A DNA stretch of 64,000 nucleotides, taken from the IMG/VR virus record IMGVR_UViG_3300016476_001289; one strand, 5' to 3'. A program made the translations under genes and the position numbers. The DNA is from a virus. Below the pieces are notes generated by a model. The model was not told where the DNA came from and ran no database searches. It was given only the letters and a program-made list of their open reading frames with translations. The stretch's first letter is position 1. Every line of letters starts with the position of its first letter. Shown here one piece after another: positions 31,275 through 40,166 of this stretch.

Positions 31275-31550
31275 AGATAACTAATTGACTTAATTGTCTT
31301 TTAGTTATCTTGTCTTTTTTTTGTGGTAGGAGAAAGAAATCTAGCCTTTATTTTGTAGAAATCTAGGGTGGGGTGAAAAACCCAAATTTTTGTATGCGGA
31401 CCCCCCCTATGGTATTTCACCCTAGATTTCTACAAAATAAAGGCTAGATTTCTACATAATAGCCCAATACTCAAATCCTGTAAGTAATTGAAATATCTAA
31501 GATTTTTCACCTGATTTAAAAACTTCACCTAAAACATATATTAAGTATAG
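31275..31550 (+). repeat. Tandem cassette junction: terminator, box A x2, box B, inverted box A x2, promoter arm
   Basis: Hairpin 31275-31310; box A 31335, 31353; box B 31392; rev box A 31422, 31444; arm ~31480-31550. Confidence 0.9.
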
Positions 31551-31588
31551 GAAATAGCAAATAACAAAAATCATGAAAGGATTTAGCT

Positions 31589-31831
31589 ATGAATTTTGAT
31601 AGTTTAGTTAAAGAACTTACCTTGCTCGGTCTCTTTGAGGATGAATTATATATCCAAGATAATGTAATTCACTTTAAGAATCACTATTTAGAGATTCATT
31701 CAGACCTTTCACTATTCCAAGTTGAAGTTTATGAATACCTAAATGAGCTTAACCCAAGTGGTAAGCTTCAGTTATGCACTATTGAAAGTGTTGATGATGT
31801 TCTTTACTATATGGAAGATGATGATGAATAA
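31589..31831 (+). CDS. Small acidic cassette cargo protein, paralog of 24373..24621
   Basis: RBS GAAAGGATTTAGCTATG; ESVDDV motif. Confidence 0.8.
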   Translation: MNFDSLVKELTLLGLFEDELYIQDNVIHFKNHYLEIHSDLSLFQVEVYEYLNELNPSGKLQLCTIESVDDVLYYMEDDDE

Positions 31832-31832
31832 A

Positions 31833-31943
31833 GTATGCGACCTAGCTTTTAGCTAGGTTGTGTTTTTTTTGTTTAGGAAGCAAGAAGTCTATTACACCCC
31901 CTAGCAGATAAAGAAATCTAGCCTCTATTATGTAGAAATCTAA
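31833..31943 (+). terminator. Cassette end, near-identical to 2110-2191
   Basis: T-run, GTTTAGGAAGCAAGAAGTCTAT...CCCCCTAGCAGATAAAGAAATCTAGCCT..ATGTAGAAATCTA. Confidence 0.85.
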
Positions 31944-32172
31944 GGGGGGGTTAAAAAAATTTCTGCGCTAAAGCTATATAGATTAAAACGACTATACAGA
32001 CTAATGGGAAGTGATAAAATAAAAATAGCAAAGTGATAAACATAAACAACACTAAAAACAAAAACACATATCTTTCATTATCTCTTATAAATCTTTTCAA
32101 CATAAAATCCTATCCTTGTAAAGTTGTCTTGTGCTATATAACATAAACTTATAAAACAAGGTAGGATTTTTA

Positions 32173-33381
32173 ATGATTGACAGATACCTAACTGATGAGA
32201 TGTCTTATATATGGTCAGACACTAATAAATTTAAAAAATGGCTTCTCATAGAAGAACTTGTTTCTAAATACCAAGACACACCTGAATCACTATTAGAGAA
32301 ATTTAAGTCTATTGTTATAGATAAAGAGAGAATATTAGAAATAGAATCTAAAACTAAACATGACTTTATAGCCTTTATAGAGTTTATAGAAGAACAGCAA
32401 CCTGATTTAGCTTCCTATTTACATAAGGGACTTACAAGTTCAGATATATTAGATACTACTACCGCCCTTATATTAAAAGAAGCAGGGGAACAAATTATAT
32501 ATCGTATAGATAATCTCTTATATGTCTTAAAAGACAAAGCTATAAAACATAAATATACATCTATGTTAGGCAGGAGTCATGGTATGTATGGTGAACCTAT
32601 AACCTTTGGTTTAGTAATGACTTCATTTTATAGTGAGTGGTTAAGGAATAAAGAGAGATTAAGAGTAGCGATTGAAAATATCACCTATGGTAAAATATCA
32701 GGACCTATGGGTAATTATACAAATATATCACCTTATGTAGAAGAGAATGTCTTAAATGAGTTAGGGTTAAAGATAGAACCTATATCTACACAGATAATAC
32801 CTAGAGATCGCCATGCAGAGTTCTTTATGGTGATAGGTCTTATAGGAAGTAGTTTAGAGAGATTAGGTGTAGAGATAAGGAACTTACAACAGTCTTCAGT
32901 AGGTGAGGTGAGTGAAGGGTTTAGTAAAGGGCAGAAGGGGTCATCTGCAATGCCCCATAAGAAGAACCCAATAGGGAGTGAGAATATATGTGGGTTAGCG
33001 AGATTATTAAGAGGGTATGTATTACCTGTATTAGAGAATGTGCCATTATGGTATGAGAGAGATATGAGTCATTCATCGGTGGAGAGGGTGGTGTTTATAG
33101 ATAGTACAGGATTATGTGATTATGCGATAAAGAGGATGGTGGGAATAATAGAGAATTTAGAGGTGCATAAGGATATAATGGAGAAGCATATAACAGAGAG
33201 TAGGGGGGTGTATAATTCACAGTCGAAGTTAATGAAGTTAATGGAGAGTTTAAAGAGTAGGGAGAAAGCATATGAGGTGATACAGAAGATGGTATTTAGT
33301 GGAGAGGTATTAGAAGATGAGAAGGATTATAAGGAGTATGTGGATTATATATATAAGAGAGTATATGGTTTAGATAAGTAA
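32173..33381 (+). CDS. purB: Adenylosuccinate lyase
   Basis: MIDRY, HKGLTSSD, GRSHG..GEP.TFG, STQIIPRDRH, signature GSSAMPHKKNP, ERDMSHSSVER. Confidence 0.97.
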   Translation: MIDRYLTDEMSYIWSDTNKFKKWLLIEELVSKYQDTPESLLEKFKSIVIDKERILEIESKTKHDFIAFIEFIEEQQPDLASYLHKGLTSSDILDTTTALILKEAGEQIIYRIDNLLYVLKDKAIKHKYTSMLGRSHGMYGEPITFGLVMTSFYSEWLRNKERLRVAIENITYGKISGPMGNYTNISPYVEENVLNELGLKIEPISTQIIPRDRHAEFFMVIGLIGSSLERLGVEIRNLQQSSVGEVSEGFSKGQKGSSAMPHKKNPIGSENICGLARLLRGYVLPVLENVPLWYERDMSHSSVERVVFIDSTGLCDYAIKRMVGIIENLEVHKDIMEKHITESRGVYNSQSKLMKLMESLKSREKAYEVIQKMVFSGEVLEDEKDYKEYVDYIYKRVYGLDK

Positions 33382-33430
33382 TTTATAAACTCCTATATGG
33401 ATATAAACTAATATAGGAGTAATTACATAT

Positions 33431-34135
33431 ATGAGATACCCATTATATAAAAAATATGCCATGCCAGTCGATCCAAGAGTCCTTGAACAAGAAGATTTTG
33501 ACTTTGAAAGTGCAGATAAAATAAAGAGTCTTGTAAGTAAGTTGAAAAAAATAGAAGGTATACAAGAATTTGATTTTTACCAGGAAGAAATTCAAGAAGA
33601 ACTTAGAGAATTGTGGTTTTATGTAGATGTTAAAAAAGGAATAAATTTAAAAGATAGGGAAAAGATATTACCTGTATTTAAAGAACTTGCTCGTATTTTC
33701 AAAGAAAATGAAGTAATACACACAACTGCATATCGTGGGATCACTTTACCTAGACCTTATTATAATCAACTATCAGATGCTTTTGATACAGAAATGCACG
33801 GTGAGTGGTTTTCTGTATCTTCCTTCCCTAGAACGAAAGAATTAATAGAAAGTCTAGCTTATGGTTTAAGATCATGGTCATGGTATTATTCTAATGCAGA
33901 AGGTTGGGCAGGATCTAATATTAATTACCAAGAGGATTCTTATGCTGATTCGATTATATTTGAGTATACCTCCCCTAAAATCGTATTCGATTGTAACTCC
34001 TATTTGAAAGAATACTATTTTCGGAAACACAAATCTCCTTTTGATCCCAACGAAGTCATTATATATCTAAAGAACCCTAAAGCGGTTAAAGCTAAAATGC
34101 TAGGAGAAAGAAAATGGTTAATAAAAATAAAATGA
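33431..34135 (+). CDS. Putative ADP-ribosyltransferase (R-S-E type), copy 1
   Basis: AYRG, LRSWS...A..WA, FDPNEVII. Confidence 0.6.
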   Translation: MRYPLYKKYAMPVDPRVLEQEDFDFESADKIKSLVSKLKKIEGIQEFDFYQEEIQEELRELWFYVDVKKGINLKDREKILPVFKELARIFKENEVIHTTAYRGITLPRPYYNQLSDAFDTEMHGEWFSVSSFPRTKELIESLAYGLRSWSWYYSNAEGWAGSNINYQEDSYADSIIFEYTSPKIVFDCNSYLKEYYFRKHKSPFDPNEVIIYLKNPKAVKAKMLGERKWLIKIK

Positions 34136-34845
34136 GATACCCATTATATAACAAATACGGGATGGCAGTAGACCCTAGAATTCTTCAAGAAGATTATGAA
34201 TCTGAAGGTGTAGACACTATTCCTGAACTTATATCTCTTTTAAAGAGTATTAGATCAGTTGAAGAATATGAGGCAGTTGATGATATTGTAAGAACACAGA
34301 TTAGTGATTTATGGTTTTTAACAAATAAAGGTAAAGGGATAAATTTAAGAGATAGAGAAAAATTAATACCTATCTTTCAACAACTTTCTCGTATCTTTAA
34401 AAAAAAAGAACACCTTACATCTCGTGTATATCGTGGGGTGGCACTTCCTAAGATATATAAAAACCTTTTGACTCAAAGTTTTATAGAAGATCTTAATGCA
34501 GAAGGGAAAGTAGACCTACATTCTCATCCTGAAGTAATTCAAAAAGTAGAGAACCTCGCTTATGGTTTAAGATCATGGACTAAGGATTATGATATAGCAA
34601 ATGAGTGGTCTTATGGTAGTGAAGAACAGGATAGTATTATTTTTGAAGCATCGAGTAAGTTTGCAGTACTTGATTGTAATTCCTATTTTAATACGATGTG
34701 GGAAAAAATAGCAACAAAACAAAAGAGGATGCCTTTTGATTTTGATGAAGTCATCTGTCATTTAGATAACCCTCAAGTGACATATATACAAATGATAGAA
34801 GAAAAAGCAACCACTACAACCTATTGGCTTGTTGGAATAAGATGA
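34132..34845 (+). CDS. Putative ADP-ribosyltransferase, copy 2
   Basis: MRYPLY start (moved from 34114); VYRG, LRSWTKDYDIANEW, FDFDEVIC. Confidence 0.6.
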   Translation: MRYPLYNKYGMAVDPRILQEDYESEGVDTIPELISLLKSIRSVEEYEAVDDIVRTQISDLWFLTNKGKGINLRDREKLIPIFQQLSRIFKKKEHLTSRVYRGVALPKIYKNLLTQSFIEDLNAEGKVDLHSHPEVIQKVENLAYGLRSWTKDYDIANEWSYGSEEQDSIIFEASSKFAVLDCNSYFNTMWEKIATKQKRMPFDFDEVICHLDNPQVTYIQMIEEKATTTTYWLVGIR

Positions 34846-34853
34846 TTACATAT

Positions 34854-35579
34854 ATGAGATACCCCTTATATAATAAATACGCTATGCCTATGGATTCTAA
34901 AGTTCTAGAATCAGAAAGATATTCCGAAGGTCTAGATATAATCCCTTATCTCTTATCTCTCCTAAAAAAAGTAAATCTTAAAAACTTCTCCACCTATGAA
35001 TCTGAGATACGAGAACTTACTAATAAATTATGGTATTTAAATTTTGATAAAGGCATAAGTTTAAGAGATAGAGAAGTCTTATTACCTGTCTTTAAAGAAT
35101 ATTCTCGTATTCTAAAACCTTATGAAGAAACACCTAGTGTTATATATCGTGGAGTTTCTTTACCTAATATATATAAGAAAGCTATAACAAATACTTTTGG
35201 TTCTACAGATAGACTTATAAAACCTAATGAAAACCATAAAGTGAAAGACATATTAGAAAATTTAGCTTATGGGTTAAGATCCTGGACTAAAGATAAAACA
35301 AATGCTTATGGATATGCAAGTAAAGAAGACGATGACCTTAAAGATGGTGTGGTATATATATATAAGCAACCTAAAGTAATATTTGATTGTGATGCTTATT
35401 TTAGTTTTACTAAGACTATGGATAACTGGTCTTCTATAACAGACCCTTTTGATAGAAAAGAAATAATCTCTTATGTAGAAAATCCTAAAATAGTAGGAAT
35501 AAAGAGGTCTTATTATAAAGACGATTTTGAAGCAAGTCCAGGTGATGCTTCTATATGGGAAGTTGAAATAATATTTTAA
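34854..35579 (+). CDS. Putative ADP-ribosyltransferase, copy 3
   Basis: MRYPLY start (moved from 34824); IYRG, LRSWTKDKTNAYGYA, FDRKEIIS. Confidence 0.6.
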   Translation: MRYPLYNKYAMPMDSKVLESERYSEGLDIIPYLLSLLKKVNLKNFSTYESEIRELTNKLWYLNFDKGISLRDREVLLPVFKEYSRILKPYEETPSVIYRGVSLPNIYKKAITNTFGSTDRLIKPNENHKVKDILENLAYGLRSWTKDKTNAYGYASKEDDDLKDGVVYIYKQPKVIFDCDAYFSFTKTMDNWSSITDPFDRKEIISYVENPKIVGIKRSYYKDDFEASPGDASIWEVEIIF

Positions 35580-35623
35580 TATATTGATATATGTATATAT
35601 ACAAAATAAGGAGTATAGACAAT

Positions 35624-36457
35624 ATGTTTTTCAAAGAAATTTTTAGTAGCCGTAGAGCTAATAGCTTAATTCACCCTGATGTCTTAAAAGATGATTTTAG
35701 TTCCCTAGAACCAAAAGAATATTCAGATATGAAAATATCTGAAATGGCACAATATATCTACGATATGGATATCGATGATGAAGATGAAATTCTTTTTCTT
35801 GCTGAATGGTGGGAAAAAATTTGGTGGAATGTAAATCTAGGTGCAGGTATCCCTATGAAAGATAGAGAAAAATTAGTCCCTGCTTTCAGGGCTATGGGTA
35901 TGGTCTTTAACTATAAAGACTCTTTCCCTACTCTATATCGTGGTGTATATGCTAGACACCAAATCCTTAAAGCTGTTTCTAATGTTATTCTAGGGAATGG
36001 TCATATTTCAGGTGTCATCTCTCAAAATAGCCCCTTATTTATCACCCTTGCTAAAAAATATGGTGTCTCTAAAGCTAATGATATGATTAACCAAGAAACA
36101 ATCCCTGTACCTAAAGAACTATATAATAATAATCCTGCTGAAAAGATTATTAAAGGTCTCTCTTATGGTACTAGGTCTTGGACGGAAGATAAAAAAGATG
36201 CTCTTAAATGGGCTTTTGGTATCTCTGAAAAAGTTATTCCAGGTTCAGATAAATTTGTATTCGCTTTTAAAAACCCAGGTGAAAATGCCTTATTTGAATG
36301 TAATGGTTTTATAGACCACTTCGATGAAGTTATTGGTGAAGAAGCTAAAACTTTTGATGCCGATGAAGTTATTGTTAATGTTCACAATCCTCAAATTGTT
36401 AGCGTCACCCTATCTCCCCATTCTAATGGTTCAAGATATATCGTTACCATTAAGTGA
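35624..36457 (+). CDS. Putative ADP-ribosyltransferase, copy 4
   Basis: LYRG, TRSWTEDKKDALKWA, FDADEVIV; start moved after AAGGAG. Confidence 0.6.
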   Translation: MFFKEIFSSRRANSLIHPDVLKDDFSSLEPKEYSDMKISEMAQYIYDMDIDDEDEILFLAEWWEKIWWNVNLGAGIPMKDREKLVPAFRAMGMVFNYKDSFPTLYRGVYARHQILKAVSNVILGNGHISGVISQNSPLFITLAKKYGVSKANDMINQETIPVPKELYNNNPAEKIIKGLSYGTRSWTEDKKDALKWAFGISEKVIPGSDKFVFAFKNPGENALFECNGFIDHFDEVIGEEAKTFDADEVIVNVHNPQIVSVTLSPHSNGSRYIVTIK

Positions 36458-36853
36458 TTTTAAAGTGTCACCATCCATAAACCCATTTTCTTCACTATAA
36501 TATATTATTACACCATTAGGTAATGTTATATATAACTCGTCTTCATAATATGTACTAGACCATATACTACTATCCTTATATATAATCTTACAATCATCTG
36601 AACTTAATCTTATCTCCACCCTTGTTATATATTCCCCATCACCCGTCTCTTCCGATATACTTGCTATAAACTCACACTCTTCTAATTGAAGATCAAATAT
36701 ACTCACTAACCCAGATTCTTTACCTATAAAAGTAAATAACACACTTTGTGTTACTATATCTTCATATATCATTATATCCGTATATACCGATAACTTATCG
36801 TCTATGCTTATTAAGTTATTCTCTATAAGTCCTGTTGAAATTATGTAATCCAT
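36431..36853 (-). CDS. Acidic hypothetical protein
   Basis: Start moved to ATG 36853 after AAGGAG; single box A at 36883 upstream. Confidence 0.65.
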   Translation of the reverse strand: MDYIISTGLIENNLISIDDKLSVYTDIMIYEDIVTQSVLFTFIGKESGLVSIFDLQLEECEFIASISEETGDGEYITRVEIRLSSDDCKIIYKDSSIWSSTYYEDELYITLPNGVIIYYSEENGFMDGDTLKSLNGNDIS

Positions 36854-36911
36854 TTTATATCTCCTTATAAAGATATAATACCCTAGATTTCTACCACCCT
36901 CCACCTAAAAA

Positions 36912-37094
36912 TTAACTTTTAAGCCTTTTCAAAAGCTCAGATAGAAAATTCACCGATGGATTCGCTATCGTCCTTTGCATAAAGATTAAGTCTTCTCTAA
37001 CTTCTTGTACTACTTTCTCATTTTTACAAATTACTAAATAACTCTCAATCTCAGATTGTAGCCTTTTAGCTTCTTCTACTTTTCTCTTAATCAC
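36912..37094 (-). CDS. Hypothetical protein
   Basis: AGGAGG RBS, GTG start. Confidence 0.6.
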   Translation of the reverse strand: MIKRKVEEAKRLQSEIESYLVICKNEKVVQEVREDLIFMQRTIANPSVNFLSELLKRLKS

Positions 37095-37110
37095 TTTGAA
37101 ATCCTCCTAT

Positions 37111-37272
37111 CTAATCTTCTTTCTTTATTGCTTTAGCTAAGAACTTAGCTAAGTCGTTTAGGTTTATGGTCTTCACCACAGGGGCGACATCTTCTTTTTG
37201 TTCTAATGATTTAGGATCTTCTTTATTGTCATCACTATAAATCATTTTTGGTTTTGTAATTTCTACATCCAT
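37111..37272 (-). CDS. Small hypothetical protein (53 aa)
   Basis: Hand-translated MDVEITKPKMIYSDD..., AAAGGA RBS; below track cutoff. Confidence 0.5.
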   Translation of the reverse strand: MDVEITKPKMIYSDDNKEDPKSLEQKEDVAPVVKTINLNDLAKFLAKAIKKED

Positions 37273-37311
37273 ATTATTACTTCCTTTCTCTTATATATTA
37301 TATTATATATC

Positions 37312-37779
37312 TCAAATCCTATCTTCTGTTTGTGGTCCGCAATATACCCATACTGCCCTTATTCTATCTATCACTTCAATTATAAACTTACTCAAAGACA
37401 TTTCTATTTTTATCTTAGAATCCTGAATAGTCAACTCCACTAAATCTTTATCTTTAAAAAGTAAATCTCTTGTATAGCTATAGTGACAAACACTACCATT
37501 ATTATTCAAAATCATGACATACCCACTTATATTGTTATCACATACAAATATCGTTATCCTATCTCTAACCCATTTTCTTATAGGACTATTTTCAATATTA
37601 TTTTCTTCTTCCTTAAAATGTAATTCATTTAAAAACTCTTCTATAATTCCCTTATGAAAAAATTCCCATGCTAAATCTTCATTCTGTTCTTCCTTGATCC
37701 TATTAAGACTTGCCTTAATAGTATTCCAAGCGATATTGTTTATCGTTCTCTTATTGTTTTTGATAATTGTCTTTTTCAT
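37312..37779 (-). CDS. Dispersed TEIK...IR.LW family member
   Basis: TIIKNNKRT, FLNELHF, FIIEVIDRIRAVW. Confidence 0.75.
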   Translation of the reverse strand: MKKTIIKNNKRTINNIAWNTIKASLNRIKEEQNEDLAWEFFHKGIIEEFLNELHFKEEENNIENSPIRKWVRDRITIFVCDNNISGYVMILNNNGSVCHYSYTRDLLFKDKDLVELTIQDSKIKIEMSLSKFIIEVIDRIRAVWVYCGPQTEDRI

Positions 37780-38594
37780 CTTCTAGGAAACAACCCTTCT
37801 AGGACGGTAATCATTTTTTGTCCTAATGTCTTTGGATCTCTTACACAAATAATATTCTTTGGTATTGCTTTTAAATACCTTTCTTCTGTGTAATAACTAT
37901 CTGCAAATACAATTCCTACAAGGTGAATACCTTGCGCCTTTGCTAAATCTACAAAACTTTGTAGATAAGGATAAACACCATTATCTTCACCATCAGTTAA
38001 AAAGAACGCTACTCTTTTTTGAGCATTTATCTTTTTCACCATATCCAATGCTACTTGGATATATTGACTTACATAAGTGCCTGTATGTGGTTGATACTTC
38101 CAAGCTTCCATAAATATCTCATCAGTCCATTTTTCTTTTGAGTCTTTTAACATACAAGCTTGTGCAACATGGGAATCTGTCGCACCACTAGCATCACCTG
38201 CACTATAACTATCCACACCCACTAAACTACAATTTGAGATAACACCCATGCTCTCAGTCATTTTACCTACCGTATATGCAGCACTTATTACTTTTTCCCA
38301 TGTTGTAGGTCTTCCTGAATCCATACTACCACTAAAATCAATAGCAAATGAAAATCCACATTTTACACTTGGGATTCTATTAAAAGTCTCATATCGATCT
38401 CTATTCTCAATGTTTCTCTTAAGACTCATAAAAGTATCTGTGATTGACGATGAATTTAAATTCGCACCTTCAATCTCAGTGGTTCTTTGCATATTCTCAG
38501 TCATCAATAATCTTCTAAGTTTCATTGCTTGTGGTCTTAAACCTAAATCAATTAAATCAACGACTGCTTTTTGTTTTTGTGTTAAACTTCTCAT
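37776..38594 (-). CDS. von Willebrand factor A domain protein (CobT C-terminal-like)
   Basis: MIDAS DFSGSM, GT, FFLTDGE; adjacent to AAA+ gene. Confidence 0.88.
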   Translation of the reverse strand: MRSLTQKQKAVVDLIDLGLRPQAMKLRRLLMTENMQRTTEIEGANLNSSSITDTFMSLKRNIENRDRYETFNRIPSVKCGFSFAIDFSGSMDSGRPTTWEKVISAAYTVGKMTESMGVISNCSLVGVDSYSAGDASGATDSHVAQACMLKDSKEKWTDEIFMEAWKYQPHTGTYVSQYIQVALDMVKKINAQKRVAFFLTDGEDNGVYPYLQSFVDLAKAQGIHLVGIVFADSYYTEERYLKAIPKNIICVRDPKTLGQKMITVLEGLFPRR

Positions 38595-38606
38595 ATTATT
38601 ACTTCC

Positions 38607-39677
38607 TTATTCTAAATCGAGGGGACAAATGTTACTATCTGCTGTTGCATTGCTATAAGCATTGACATCAATTTTCAAAATTGGGTCTAATGCACCTACA
38701 AGCTGTTCTGCATTACGAGGATCTTTGAAAGCACCATCAACAACTAGTAATGTTGCTAGTTTCAAAGCTTCATTAAATGCTTTGCTCACACCAATATCTA
38801 AAAATCCTAATGCTGACTTAGCTAGGATATTAGCATCTCTTAAACTCACTTCAAGTGGTAATCCTAAAGTCTTTACGGTGTTTCTCAACACATCTAAAAC
38901 ATCAGCAATCATTTTAGCTTGAGGTTTATCTAATCTCTTGTGATCAGCCATAATGATTTTAATCTCTTGATCCTTAGTAGGAAGGTCTGCTCTAATACGA
39001 GCAAAACGATTCATAATTGAAGCATCGATAGGGTTCGCAATCATAGTGCCATTAGGATCACCATCAACACCTGTATTACCTGTTGCAATAAAGAGTGTGC
39101 CAGGTAATACAGGGATCGCACCACCACGAACATTGTCAATCAAATATGCACTATTACCTACTTGTAAAGCATTTCTCAAAATCTCTAAATCTTGAGGTCT
39201 TGCACGATCCATATCGGATAATAAAATCACATAAGGATAAAGCTTACCATCACGACCTTTAAAACCTTTTACTGCTTTAGCTAGTTCACCATCACTTACA
39301 AAGGATTCAGTGCCACCTGAAGCTGTTGATCTTAATTCAGTGCGACATACCCAGTTATTCGCATTGATACCATCTTTGAAGGCAAATGCTTTAAAAGGGA
39401 TTCTAAATTCAGCACAAATTTGCTCAACGATAGTATCTTTACCACTACCTGCAACACCTTGAATGTATGTGTGTAATTTTGTGTTTAACATACAAAATGT
39501 TGCCATCATCTTCCAATTGCCTGTCTTTTTATCTTCAACAAAATTCTCAATGCCATTTGCTTTTGCATTTTGTGATAACAATTCTGCGTCAGTTAATGGA
39601 TTCACTTTACTTGTGATACCACAAAAAGCTTTAGCGAATACGGAATAAGGATTGAATGCTTGTCTTTGCTTTGCCAT
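38607..39677 (-). CDS. MoxR/CobS/CbbQ-type AAA+ ATPase
   Basis: Walker A GVAGSGKD, atypical Walker B ILLSDMDR, FIATGNT, DASIMNRF, SLRD. Confidence 0.88.
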   Translation of the reverse strand: MAKQRQAFNPYSVFAKAFCGITSKVNPLTDAELLSQNAKANGIENFVEDKKTGNWKMMATFCMLNTKLHTYIQGVAGSGKDTIVEQICAEFRIPFKAFAFKDGINANNWVCRTELRSTASGGTESFVSDGELAKAVKGFKGRDGKLYPYVILLSDMDRARPQDLEILRNALQVGNSAYLIDNVRGGAIPVLPGTLFIATGNTGVDGDPNGTMIANPIDASIMNRFARIRADLPTKDQEIKIIMADHKRLDKPQAKMIADVLDVLRNTVKTLGLPLEVSLRDANILAKSALGFLDIGVSKAFNEALKLATLLVVDGAFKDPRNAEQLVGALDPILKIDVNAYSNATADSNICPLDLE

Positions 39678-39762
39678 GATGATTCCTTTCTTAAGAAAAA
39701 TGTAGTTAAAATATCAAATCTTATAAAAACATAAAATTTGATTTTCATCATTGGTAAATCTT

Positions 39763-40122
39763 ATATGTTTTGAACTATTTTTTTCACCAAGTTTAAAATG
39801 TTTAGATATTTCAATCACTTACCAAATAGCCTCGCGGCTGATAAAATGTAGAAATCTAGCGTCAGATTAAATGTAGAAATCTAGGGGGAAAAAGGGGTCG
39901 GGTGGGGGGTCCGCATCCACCCCTTTCATAGATATATAAAACAATATAAAACCCTTTTTATCACCTAGAAATAGGGGGTATGCGGACCCCTATTTCTAGG
40001 ATAGATTTCTACATTTAATCTGAGCCTAGATTTCTACATTTTATCCGCCGCAGGCGGGTCTCCTAAGTTATCAAAATATCTAAACTTTTTAAAATCGTTG
40101 AAAAAAAAGACTCAAAACATAG
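39763..40122. repeat. Bidirectional hub (type II): ~360-bp quasi-palindrome
   Basis: Box A fwd 39846, 39871; box B ~39907 and inverted 39978; rev box A ~40002, 40026; right arm nearly identical to 15312-15370. Confidence 0.92.
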
Positions 40123-40166
40123 CATATTTGAATGATGAAAAAACTCTTTTTTGAAAGGTTTAACTT

